From a virus (lineage: Duplodnaviria; Caudoviricetes): DNA of 41,634 nt. The stretch lies in the IMG/VR virus record IMGVR_UViG_3300005805_000167, positions 1-41,634 of that record; one strand, 5' to 3'. How positions within the stretch are numbered: the first letter of the stretch is position 1; every line of letters starts with the position of its first letter. The position numbers and the translations under genes were made by a program. Below are positions 18,300-27,099 of this stretch, piece after piece. Under the pieces are notes generated by a model. It was given only the letters and a program-made list of their open reading frames with translations, did no database searches and was not told where the DNA came from.

Positions 18300-19345
18300 T
18301 GGGATTTCCTAAACAAGTAAAACCAACAATAGATCTTGTCCCACCGAAAACTCTTTCGGCAAGACGACATGAACTGTTGGAATATATTAATAAAGATGGG
18401 ACTTACTTACCCAAAAGTGTTCTACACGCCGATTTGGATTTAGGTATGCTCGAGTTTGTAAAAAACGAACTAAAGACGACCGTTTCTGGAAAAGACATTA
18501 GTGTTATCGATAAAATTATAACAAATCAAAGGTGGTCTCAGTTTACTGAAACTTGGAACTTTAAAGATCCCGACTTCAACGTAGAACTTCCATTTATCAC
18601 TGTAGTTAGAAGTCCCGAAGTAAAATACGGAACAAATCCTTCAACACAATATACAATCCCTAATCGTAAACAGTTTTACTACGCAACGGTACCAACTTGG
18701 AATGGGAATCAAAAGGGTTATGATGTTTATACCATTCCTCAACCAGTTCCTGTAGATATTAACTTTTCTGTGAAAATTCTTTGTAACAGAATGAGAGAAT
18801 TAAACACTTTTAATAAAAATGTTTTACAAACTTTTTCTTCTCGCCAAGCGTATACTTTTATCAAAGGGCAATACGTTCCGATCATTATGAATAATTTGAC
18901 AGACGAGTCTGTTATCGACCTCGACAGAAGAAACTATTACATGCAAAGTTATGATTTTACGATGTTAGGATACCTTATTGATGAAGAAGAGTTTCAAGTA
19001 AAACCCGCTGTTGCAAGAGTTTTACAAATGTTTGAGGTTGATGTTAATGTAAAACAGGGGAGACGAAATGAGTTTTTTCCACCAAACCCTGATGAATTTG
19101 AGTATCGTTTATACTACACACCAACCAATGATACTCTAATTGATGACTCGGTAGAATACACTGTAAATCTTACATTAATTTCCTCTGATAACGTGGAAAC
19201 TTGGGATGTGACTATCAATGGTGACTATTATGGGTCTGATCTTGAAAGAATACAATTGAACACAAATGATCTTCTCAGGGTAAGTATTACAAAAATTAAT
19301 GAGGGTGAGGAGGCGACAATCCTATACCAAGGAAAACTACTTTAA
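18299..19345 (+). CDS. Tail terminator / sheath stabiliser (T4 gp15-like)
   Basis: LPFITV.R and PQPVPVDINFSVKI...ELN...LQTF; precedes the sheath gene; TAATG overlap. Confidence 0.65.
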   Translation: MGFPKQVKPTIDLVPPKTLSARRHELLEYINKDGTYLPKSVLHADLDLGMLEFVKNELKTTVSGKDISVIDKIITNQRWSQFTETWNFKDPDFNVELPFITVVRSPEVKYGTNPSTQYTIPNRKQFYYATVPTWNGNQKGYDVYTIPQPVPVDINFSVKILCNRMRELNTFNKNVLQTFSSRQAYTFIKGQYVPIIMNNLTDESVIDLDRRNYYMQSYDFTMLGYLIDEEEFQVKPAVARVLQMFEVDVNVKQGRRNEFFPPNPDEFEYRLYYTPTNDTLIDDSVEYTVNLTLISSDNVETWDVTINGDYYGSDLERIQLNTNDLLRVSITKINEGEEATILYQGKLL

Positions 19346-19545
19346 TCTTCTCCGTAGATATCTTTAATTTCCCGTTTCTTAGTGGGGATCTGTTTTGGTG
19401 TATTAACATTGGAACAGGTTTCTAAAATTAGGTTTTCTAAGAATCTATAAATCTTAACACCTTTCTTGTCACAATAAGTTTTTAAAACTTCGTGGACATC
19501 AACTGAAATTTTAAGATTTTTTACTTGGCGATCTTTCTGTGACAT
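19342..19545 (-). CDS. Ribbon-helix-helix-like DNA-binding protein
   Basis: KNLKIS (strand), VDVHEVLKTYCDKKG (helix A), KIYRFLENLILE (helix B). Confidence 0.65.
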   Translation of the reverse strand: MSQKDRQVKNLKISVDVHEVLKTYCDKKGVKIYRFLENLILETCSNVNTPKQIPTKKREIKDIYGED

Positions 19546-19624
19546 AAAGATAAAAAAGGCAGAAAATAAGGCGCCTATATATTAATACATATTAAGAAGT
19601 AAAGTTTTTTGTGTTAATATCAAA

Positions 19625-19643
19625 TATTTATGATTAATAAATA
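19625..19643. promoter_or_regulatory. Inverted pair of TATTTAT motifs between the divergent RHH and sheath genes
   Basis: TATTTAT-gatta-ATAAATA. Confidence 0.5.
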
Positions 19644-19668
19644 AATCCGAATAAGAAAAAACTAAACT

Positions 19669-22600
19669 ATGTTCTTTCAAGTAACAAATCAAGTCAACCA
19701 AAAGGTATTCGTATCACCTGGTGTATACACTTCAGAAACTGACCTTTCTTTTGTGGCACAGAGTGTCGGAGTAACAACCTTAGGATTGGTTGGCGAAACT
19801 CTTAAAGGTCCGGCTTTCGAACCTATTTTTATAACAAACTACGATGAGTTCCAAACTTATTTTGGTGGAACCGTTCCTGAAAAATTTATTGGAACTCAAA
19901 TCCCCAAGTATGAAGCTGCCTACATCGCTAAAGCATATCTCCAACAGTCTAACCAACTTTTTGTAACAAGAATTTTAGGTCTGAGCGGATATGACGCGGG
20001 TCCATCTTGGTCTATCCGTGTAACTGCGAATCCTGATTGTGAAACTATCGATATTGATACCGTGGCATCATCAATACCGTTTACTGTAAATTTCTCAGGT
20101 AGTTCAATAGGAGGAACAAACTCATTTAGTTTTACCACATCGGCACCTGCAATCATACGTATTAACTCAGGTACAACATACACGCTTAATGATGGTTCTA
20201 CATCTACCATTGCAGCTGATTTGTATTCTTTTGCAAGAAGTGTATCAGGTAACACGGCAATCTCAGGTAACACATCTGTAGTCTACGGTTCTTTACCAAA
20301 TGCAGATTACTTGGCACTGTTTGGTGCATATCCAAATTTGAACAACGTGTATGGGGTTGATAATTTGAATCTTGAGAACAACGAACTTTGTGATGGTATT
20401 AACGATCCATGGTTTTATGCTAACTTTGATTTTTCGGGATCATCTGAAATTTATTCGGGTTACTCAATGAATGCTCAAATCACGAACTATTTCACAGGAG
20501 CATCCAACACTTTTGCAGGAACTCTATCAGGTGAAATTTTCATTTACAGTGCAACACCCTACACCCAATACCAAAACTTGGTTGTTGCAACAATGAGATC
20601 AAGAGGTATCTCTGAATATTCTGCGTTACAACATGGTCCTCAATATCAAGTGACAGGTCTCACTGATGTTCAGATGATTTGTACGGGTCCTTACTCAGCA
20701 GTTAATTCTAATCCTTATGCGACCTTCCAAATTTCAGGTGTAACATATCTTAGTCAAGACTTTAGTTTTGACGTATCTATGGGTCTTGGTGATTCTAACT
20801 ACATTTCTAAAGTACTTGGTATTTCTAACTTTAGTAAATCAAGATTCGAAGTTCCTCTCTTTGTTGAGGAGGTTTTCCCTGGTTTATTAAACTATGGTTA
20901 TAATAAGAGTTACATCAGAGGTCTAAACTGTGATTTGGTTTCATTACCCGAAGCACGTGACAAACAATCAACAACATCTATTGCTTGGTATCTTGAACAA
21001 TATCAAACACCGATCACTCCTTGGGTTGTTTCTGAACTTAGAGGTAATAAAGTTTTTGACTTGTTCAGATTTAGAACCATTTCTGATGGTAACTCGGCTA
21101 ACACAGAGGTAAAAATTTCTATTGCAAACATTTCTTTTGCGAATCAAACTTTTGATGTTTTAGTTCGTGATTTCTTCGATACGGATGCGAATCCTATTGT
21201 TTACGAAAAATATACTAACTGTACATTAGATACAGGATCCAACAGTTTTGTTGGTAAAAAAATTGGTTCATTCGATGGTGAATATCCTTTAGTATCTACA
21301 TTTGTTATGGTAGAAATGTCTGATGAAGCACCAATCGATGCACTACCTTGTGGTTTCCGTGGTTTGGAAAACAGAATTTACGGAAGTACTTCGAACCCTT
21401 CACCGTTCGCAATCATCAAAAATGAATACTATTTCCCTGGACAAGTTATTTGGGATCCACCTTTTGGTTCTCCTTACGGTGTCAATCAAGTAACATCTAA
21501 CGGTGATGTTGTTAGAAGAACTTATCTTGGTATTTCTTCTCAGTTTGGTATTGACTCAGATCTTGTTCAATACAAAGGAAGACAAAATCCTGTAACTAAC
21601 TGGAACACTGCAACAACATCTATTCCATGGAACTACCAAACTCAAGGTTTCCACATGGACTCAGGTGCAACGGTTATTACTATTGGTAACTTACAGGCAA
21701 CAAGTGGAACACCGGCGTTTGTTTGTGGTGTTGCTAACTTTAATGCTGAACCAGCAACTCAAGAGAACCCATACTATTTCTTGTATTCTCGTAAGTTCTC
21801 ATTTGTTTTCCAAGGTGGATTTGATGGATGGGATGCTTACAGAACATTTAGAACTAACCAAGACAGATTCGCGTTAGGTGCAAGTGGTTTCCTACAAGGA
21901 TCGACTCAAACTCAGAGATACCCAACGGCTAGTGGTGATGGTACATTTAAACGAATTATAGTAGCGAACAATACTCAAGATTTTGCAAACACTGACTACT
22001 ACGCATATTTGTTAGGTATTCTTTCTTTCAATAACCCTGAATCTACAAACATTAACGTGTTTGCAACACCAGGTATTGACTATGTAAACAACAGTAACTT
22101 AGTTGAGTTGGCTATTGGTATGGTAGAAAATGAAAGAGCGGATTCTGTTTATATCGCAACAACACCTGACTATAACATGTACACGGCAGATGCAGGTAGT
22201 CAGTATGAAATCATATATCCTCAAGAATCGGTAGATAACTTGGATCAAACCGGTATTGATTCTTCTTACACGGCAACATACTATCCTTGGATTTTAGAAC
22301 GTGATACGGTAAACAACACTCAGATCTATATCCCAGCAACAGGACAAGTTTGTAGAAACTTGGCTCTTACAGATAACATTTCTTTCCCATGGTTCGCATC
22401 TGCGGGTTACACAAGAGGTCTTGTTAACTCTGTGAAGGCAAGATTGAAGTTGACTCAGGAAGATAGAGACACATTGTACCAAGGTCGTATCAACCCGATC
22501 GCAACCTTCTCAGACGTGGGTACGGTTATTTGGGGTAACAAAACACTTCAAATCAGAGACACCGCATTGAATAGACTTAATGTTAGACGTCTTCTTCTAC

Positions 22601-22881
22601 AAGCAAGAAAACTTATTTCAGCTGTGGCAGTAAGATTATTGTTCGAACAGAATGACGAGATTGTAAGACAACAGTTCTTGGATTCGGTGAACCCAATCTT
22701 GGATGCAATCAGAAGAGATAGAGGTTTATACGACTTCCGTGTTACTGTGGCTTCTACACCTGAAGATTTAGATAGAAACACTTTGACAGGTAAAATCTAC
22801 TTAAAACCAACGAAAGCACTTGAATTCATCGATATTGAGTTCTTGATCACTCCAACAGGAGCATCTTTCGAAAACATTTAA
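19669..22881 (+). CDS. Tail sheath protein (T4 gp18-like, enlarged)
   Basis: SPGVYTSETD, GP...P..ITNYDEFQTYFG, YYPW, WFASAGYTRG, INPI, WGNKT, RLNVRRLL, FEQND and KPTKALEFI. Confidence 0.95.
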   Translation: MFFQVTNQVNQKVFVSPGVYTSETDLSFVAQSVGVTTLGLVGETLKGPAFEPIFITNYDEFQTYFGGTVPEKFIGTQIPKYEAAYIAKAYLQQSNQLFVTRILGLSGYDAGPSWSIRVTANPDCETIDIDTVASSIPFTVNFSGSSIGGTNSFSFTTSAPAIIRINSGTTYTLNDGSTSTIAADLYSFARSVSGNTAISGNTSVVYGSLPNADYLALFGAYPNLNNVYGVDNLNLENNELCDGINDPWFYANFDFSGSSEIYSGYSMNAQITNYFTGASNTFAGTLSGEIFIYSATPYTQYQNLVVATMRSRGISEYSALQHGPQYQVTGLTDVQMICTGPYSAVNSNPYATFQISGVTYLSQDFSFDVSMGLGDSNYISKVLGISNFSKSRFEVPLFVEEVFPGLLNYGYNKSYIRGLNCDLVSLPEARDKQSTTSIAWYLEQYQTPITPWVVSELRGNKVFDLFRFRTISDGNSANTEVKISIANISFANQTFDVLVRDFFDTDANPIVYEKYTNCTLDTGSNSFVGKKIGSFDGEYPLVSTFVMVEMSDEAPIDALPCGFRGLENRIYGSTSNPSPFAIIKNEYYFPGQVIWDPPFGSPYGVNQVTSNGDVVRRTYLGISSQFGIDSDLVQYKGRQNPVTNWNTATTSIPWNYQTQGFHMDSGATVITIGNLQATSGTPAFVCGVANFNAEPATQENPYYFLYSRKFSFVFQGGFDGWDAYRTFRTNQDRFALGASGFLQGSTQTQRYPTASGDGTFKRIIVANNTQDFANTDYYAYLLGILSFNNPESTNINVFATPGIDYVNNSNLVELAIGMVENERADSVYIATTPDYNMYTADAGSQYEIIYPQESVDNLDQTGIDSSYTATYYPWILERDTVNNTQIYIPATGQVCRNLALTDNISFPWFASAGYTRGLVNSVKARLKLTQEDRDTLYQGRINPIATFSDVGTVIWGNKTLQIRDTALNRLNVRRLLLQARKLISAVAVRLLFEQNDEIVRQQFLDSVNPILDAIRRDRGLYDFRVTVASTPEDLDRNTLTGKIYLKPTKALEFIDIEFLITPTGASFENI

Positions 22882-22888
22882 TATATTT

Positions 22889-22913
22889 GGGGGGTGGTAA
22901 CACCCCCCTTTTT
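22889..22913 (+). terminator. Rho-independent terminator after the sheath gene
   Basis: GGGGGGTG-gtaa-CACCCCCC followed by TTTTT. Confidence 0.9.
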
Positions 22914-22927
22914 AGCCAAAAACAAAA

Positions 22928-23752
22928 ATGAAAACAAGACTCTTAGAAAAAATAGTTGATGGAACACCTGATCTAAAATACTACGCGTTTGATTGGGATG
23001 ACAATATTGTTCATATGCCAACTAAGATTTATGCCCTTACAGATGAAGGTGAAGAAATCGGTATTTCAACTGAAGATTTTGCTCTTGTGAGAGATAAACT
23101 TGGTGAACAACCATTCATCTACAAAGGGGATACTGTTGTCGAATACTCTTCAGACCCGTTTAGGGATTTTACTGTAAAGGGAGATAAGGATTTTTTGATT
23201 GATTCATTAAGAGCAAACCCGGGACCGGCGTGGAGTGATTTTGTGGAAGCCGTCAATAACGGGTCTATTTTTGCGATAATCACCGCGAGAGGTCACAACC
23301 CAAACACCATTAAACAAGCCATCTATAATATGATCATCAAAAACTATGAGGGATTAAACAAAGATGAGCTTGTAAAAAACCTCAAGAAATATCGTGAGTT
23401 TGCGGGTGAAGATGAAATGGATGAAACAGAACTTATCAAATCTTACTTAGAAATGAATAAGTACCACCCTGTAAGTTTTGGTGAAGAGAAAGGTGCTGCG
23501 AAACCTGAAGAGTTAAAAGTAAGGGCGATGGAAGATTTTGTTCTTTATGTTAAAGGAATGGCATCTTTATTACAAAAGAAAGCATTTTTAAAGAAAGACT
23601 TAGGATTTAAGTTTGCCCCAGTTAAAATGCCAACTATAGGCTTTTCAGATGATGATGAACGCAATGTAGAAGCTATGAAGCAACATTTTGAAAAACTAGA
23701 TGAACCAATTAAAACATACTCTACTAAAGGAGGAATAAAAAAAGAATACTAG
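22928..23752 (+). CDS. HAD-superfamily phosphatase-like protein
   Basis: Motif I AFDWDDNI, motif II IITARG, motif III Lys (EELK), motif IV GFSDDD.RN. Confidence 0.75.
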   Translation: MKTRLLEKIVDGTPDLKYYAFDWDDNIVHMPTKIYALTDEGEEIGISTEDFALVRDKLGEQPFIYKGDTVVEYSSDPFRDFTVKGDKDFLIDSLRANPGPAWSDFVEAVNNGSIFAIITARGHNPNTIKQAIYNMIIKNYEGLNKDELVKNLKKYREFAGEDEMDETELIKSYLEMNKYHPVSFGEEKGAAKPEELKVRAMEDFVLYVKGMASLLQKKAFLKKDLGFKFAPVKMPTIGFSDDDERNVEAMKQHFEKLDEPIKTYSTKGGIKKEY

Positions 23753-23819
23753 ATAAGTGCCTAGTTAAGATATAAAATTTTTGAAAATTAAGTAAAGAGA
23801 AAATTTTTCACTAACTCAC

Positions 23820-23826
23820 TATTTAT
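23820..23826 (+). promoter_or_regulatory. TATTTAT motif (putative late promoter)
   Basis: 34 nt upstream of the tail tube ATG. Confidence 0.55.
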
Positions 23827-23860
23827 AGTAAAGATAAAAAAGTAAAAGAAAGAAAATACC

Positions 23861-24349
23861 ATGGCAGATTTACTAATGAAAATGCCCATACCCTATGAAC
23901 CTAAAAGACAAAACAGGTTCATTTTGAGATTCCCCTCGAATTTGGGTATTAATGAGTGGTTTGTAGAATCAACTGCACGTCCACACATCAGAATTGGGTC
24001 AACCGAAATCCAGTTCTTAAACACCTCAACTTTTGTTGCTGGAAGATTTAATTGGGAACCTATTCCCGTCACATTCCGTGATCCTATTGGTCCTTCAGCG
24101 GCTCAGGCACTTATGGAGTGGGTTCGTCTACACGCAGAATCTGTGACAGGTCGTATGGGTTATGCTGCGGGTTATAAAAAAGACATCGACTTAGAGATGT
24201 TAGACCCAACAGGTGTTGTTGTCGAAAAATGGATAATGTATGGTACATTCTTGACTGACGTTAACTTCAATCAGTTGTCTTATAGTCAAGACAACTTGGC
24301 AACGATTACTGCAAGTTTGAGAATGGATCGTTGTGTGTTAATTTACTAA
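23861..24349 (+). CDS. Tail tube protein (gp19-like)
   Basis: 162 aa; EPKRQNRF, AGRFNW.PI.VTF.D, EW, YKKDI.L..LDP.G.VVEKW...G.F, LSY; downstream of the sheath gene. Confidence 0.88.
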   Translation: MADLLMKMPIPYEPKRQNRFILRFPSNLGINEWFVESTARPHIRIGSTEIQFLNTSTFVAGRFNWEPIPVTFRDPIGPSAAQALMEWVRLHAESVTGRMGYAAGYKKDIDLEMLDPTGVVVEKWIMYGTFLTDVNFNQLSYSQDNLATITASLRMDRCVLIY

Positions 24350-24383
24350 TAGTCTTTACAAATCTTTAAAACAAAATATTTTT

Positions 24384-24413
24384 AACCGTAGAGCCAAACT
24401 CTACGGTTTTTTT
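24384..24413 (+). terminator. Rho-independent terminator after the tube gene, abutting the next ATG
   Basis: AACCGTAGAG-ccaaa-CTCTACGGTT-TTTTT followed directly by ATG. Confidence 0.85.
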
Positions 24414-25157
24414 ATGGATCAAAATACACAACAATACTCACAACAGGATTTCTCTGTTCCACACGACGTGGTTACTTTACCATCTGGTGGAGTTTTCTAT
24501 AAGAATAAAAAAAAGTCACTCAAAGTTGGGTACTTAACCGCATCAGATGAAAACATCTTGATGGCGGGTGGTACTGACATGACAATCAATTTGTTGAGAA
24601 ACAAAATATTTGAGAGTGATTTACGTCCCGAAGAAATGATTGAAGGTGACATCGAAGCAATCCTCATATTTTTGAGAAACACCGCTTTTGGACCTGACAT
24701 GGAACTTAACCTAACAGATCCACAAACAGGAAAACCATTCAAAGCCAATGTTAGGTTGGACGAGTTGAATATTATAAAAGGACAAACTCCGTCTGAAGAT
24801 GGAACGTTCAGTGTTCAACTACCTATGTCTCAAACAACAGTAAAAGTGAGACCTCTGAGTTACTCTCAGATTTCAGAGATCGGTACCATGGCGGATTCTT
24901 ATCCACAAGGTAGAACTGTTCCAAGAAGAACATGGAGACTTCAAAGGGAGATAATCGCAATCAACGGAAACGAAGATAAAGGAGAAATTGCGAAATTTAT
25001 TGAGACTATGCCAATCGCAGACTCAAAGTTCATCAAAAAGTTTATGAACGATAATGAACCTCGATTGGATTTAAAAAGAGTTGTTTTGGCCCCGTCTGGA
25101 GAAAAACTTACAGTGAATGTAGGTTTTGGGGTCGACTTTTTTCGTCCCTTCTTCTGA
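24414..25157 (+). CDS. T4 gp26-like baseplate hub / tail assembly chaperone
   Basis: VTLPSGG...LTASDENIL, D..AILIFLR...FG and a second similar VQLPMS..VKVRPL unit; located between tube and tape measure genes. Confidence 0.7.
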   Translation: MDQNTQQYSQQDFSVPHDVVTLPSGGVFYKNKKKSLKVGYLTASDENILMAGGTDMTINLLRNKIFESDLRPEEMIEGDIEAILIFLRNTAFGPDMELNLTDPQTGKPFKANVRLDELNIIKGQTPSEDGTFSVQLPMSQTTVKVRPLSYSQISEIGTMADSYPQGRTVPRRTWRLQREIIAINGNEDKGEIAKFIETMPIADSKFIKKFMNDNEPRLDLKRVVLAPSGEKLTVNVGFGVDFFRPFF

Positions 25158-25293
25158 TTATAGAAAAGGTCAATTAGACGAGTTTTATTACCTATCAAAA
25201 CTTCTTCATATAAGTTATTCCGACTTTATGAAGATTCCAATATTTATGCGTAAATATCTTCTTGATAAATGGTTGGAGGAAAACCAAAATTAA
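25126..25293 (+). CDS. Unannotated +1-frame ORF (gp51-like / chaperone C-terminal extension)
   Basis: Frame open from TAG 25120-22 to TAA 25291-93: (L)GSTFFVPSSDYRKGQLDEFYYLSKLLHISYSDFMKIPIFMRKYLLDKWLEENQN. It fills the gap before the tape measure gene and has no ATG near its 5' end. Confidence 0.7.
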   Translation: MGSTFFVPSSDYRKGQLDEFYYLSKLLHISYSDFMKIPIFMRKYLLDKWLEENQN

Positions 25294-25309
25294 AAAACCT
25301 CGTAAAACC

Positions 25310-25316
25310 TATTTAT
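25310..25316 (+). promoter_or_regulatory. TATTTAT motif (putative late promoter)
   Basis: 15 nt upstream of ATG 25332. Confidence 0.55.
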
Positions 25317-25331
25317 TAGAAAAGACTTTAG

Positions 25332-27059
25332 ATGGCTCAAGAACCCGGAGATATTGACGAAATTCGTAAAGCGTTTAGTGCTTGGAAAGATTTCATACCA
25401 ACCGCGGCTAATTTAACGGAAAATGTTTCACGTCTTTACGATGAAATAAATAAGGTTAACAAAACTTTTACTGAGGGTAGGTTACGTGCTACGGAGTTCT
25501 CCACAGCGGTTTCTGATAGTGTTGCAGGTGTAATACGTGTTGGTGGTGAAGTTACTGATATTGGTAACACCATCAACGCAATTGCTGCGGGATCTAGAAG
25601 AAATATTGTTGCAACAACAGATACTATTGTAGAGTTAACCGCGGCGTCTAAAGCTTTAGGTGATTTCGATATAGAAACAATCACCAACAATTTTGCACAA
25701 GCCGGTGTTGAAATATCCCAAGTTGGTAAAAACTTGCAAGATTCCATTCTTTATGTACAGAGTATTGGTTTAAATGCTACGACAGTTGTCCAAGAGATGA
25801 CTCGTAACATGGATATGATGAACCGATTCAATTTTGAAGATGGTGTTATAGGTCTTACAAAAATGACCGCTCAAGCCTCAATGCTGAGGTTTGATATGAG
25901 AGAGACAGCCAAGTTTGCCGAAGATGTTATGAATCCTGACGGGGCAATCAAAATGGCGTCAGCATTCCAAAGATTAGGTGTTGCCGCTGGTGATTTAGTT
26001 GATCCGTTTGTTTTGATGGATAAATCAATCAATGACCCACAAGGATTACAAGATTCAATCATCGAAATGACAAAACAGTTTACATATTTTGATGAAAAAA
26101 CTAATTCTTTCAAAATTAATCCTGGAGGTATCCGATTGATGAAAGAGTTGGCAACTGAAACTGGTATAAGTTTTGAAAATATGACCAAGACAGCTTTGGC
26201 TGCCTCTGATATGGATAGAAGGTTGAATGAAATCGACTTTAATATACAGGCGTCGGAAGAAGACAAAATGTTAGTCGCCAACATGGCTAAAATGGGTTCC
26301 GGTGGAGAATATTTTGTGGAACTACAAAATGAAAGGGGAACTCTCGAACAAAAGAAACTAACTGATTTGACTCAAAATGAGTTTGAAAGACTTAGAGAAA
26401 TACAAGAAACACGTCCCAAAACGATGGAAGACATTGCCAGAGCTCAGTTATCAACTTTTGATTTGATGGCGAGAGACATTAAGGCATTACCACTTCAGTT
26501 GGCATATTCACTTGCGGGTCAAGAAGGAATAATAAGGTTAGGTGAAGCTTCGAGAAGATTGTTTGATACTGCGGTTGGGGGTGCTTATACGGAAGGAGCT
26601 CTTCCCTCAGGTCAAGAAATGAGACAGGTCTTCGAAGGTGTTGGAGACGAATTGAGAACTTTGATTGTAGAGGCTAGTAAAGGAAACACAGAAGCTCTTG
26701 AGCAATCTTACCAAAGATTGAAAAGTGGTGTTGAAAATACTGAGGTTGCGAATAGAGTCCAAACATATTTGGATAACTTAAATTTTGAGGGTGGTCCAAG
26801 ATCTACGGAAGAAAGTTATATGGCGGCAGCTCTTAAGAAATTCCAAGATGTTGGGGGTAAGGCTGTGGATGGTATGAGAACCACAACAGAAAATAAAAAT
26901 GTCAATTTTGGGGGATCATTCACAATTAGGGTTGAAGGGCAACAAGGTTTAGATACGAAGGCTTTGTCGGATTATATCAACAGTGAAGCGTTCAAACAGA
27001 AAATGACATTAGTTGTTCAAGAAGAGATGAAAAAACAAAATACATCGTTAAGGAAATAA
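25332..27059 (+). CDS. Tape measure protein (putative)
   Basis: Helical Ala/Gln/Glu/Met-rich 575-aa protein in the canonical position after tube and chaperone genes. Confidence 0.7.
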   Translation: MAQEPGDIDEIRKAFSAWKDFIPTAANLTENVSRLYDEINKVNKTFTEGRLRATEFSTAVSDSVAGVIRVGGEVTDIGNTINAIAAGSRRNIVATTDTIVELTAASKALGDFDIETITNNFAQAGVEISQVGKNLQDSILYVQSIGLNATTVVQEMTRNMDMMNRFNFEDGVIGLTKMTAQASMLRFDMRETAKFAEDVMNPDGAIKMASAFQRLGVAAGDLVDPFVLMDKSINDPQGLQDSIIEMTKQFTYFDEKTNSFKINPGGIRLMKELATETGISFENMTKTALAASDMDRRLNEIDFNIQASEEDKMLVANMAKMGSGGEYFVELQNERGTLEQKKLTDLTQNEFERLREIQETRPKTMEDIARAQLSTFDLMARDIKALPLQLAYSLAGQEGIIRLGEASRRLFDTAVGGAYTEGALPSGQEMRQVFEGVGDELRTLIVEASKGNTEALEQSYQRLKSGVENTEVANRVQTYLDNLNFEGGPRSTEESYMAAALKKFQDVGGKAVDGMRTTTENKNVNFGGSFTIRVEGQQGLDTKALSDYINSEAFKQKMTLVVQEEMKKQNTSLRK

Positions 27060-27080
27060 TGATGAAAATACAATAAAATC

Positions 27081-27092
27081 TATTTATAAATA
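27081..27092 (+). promoter_or_regulatory. TATTTAT motif within the palindrome TATTTATAAATA
   Basis: The motif ends 12 nt upstream of ATG 27100. Confidence 0.55.
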
Positions 27093-27099
27093 AAAAGGC

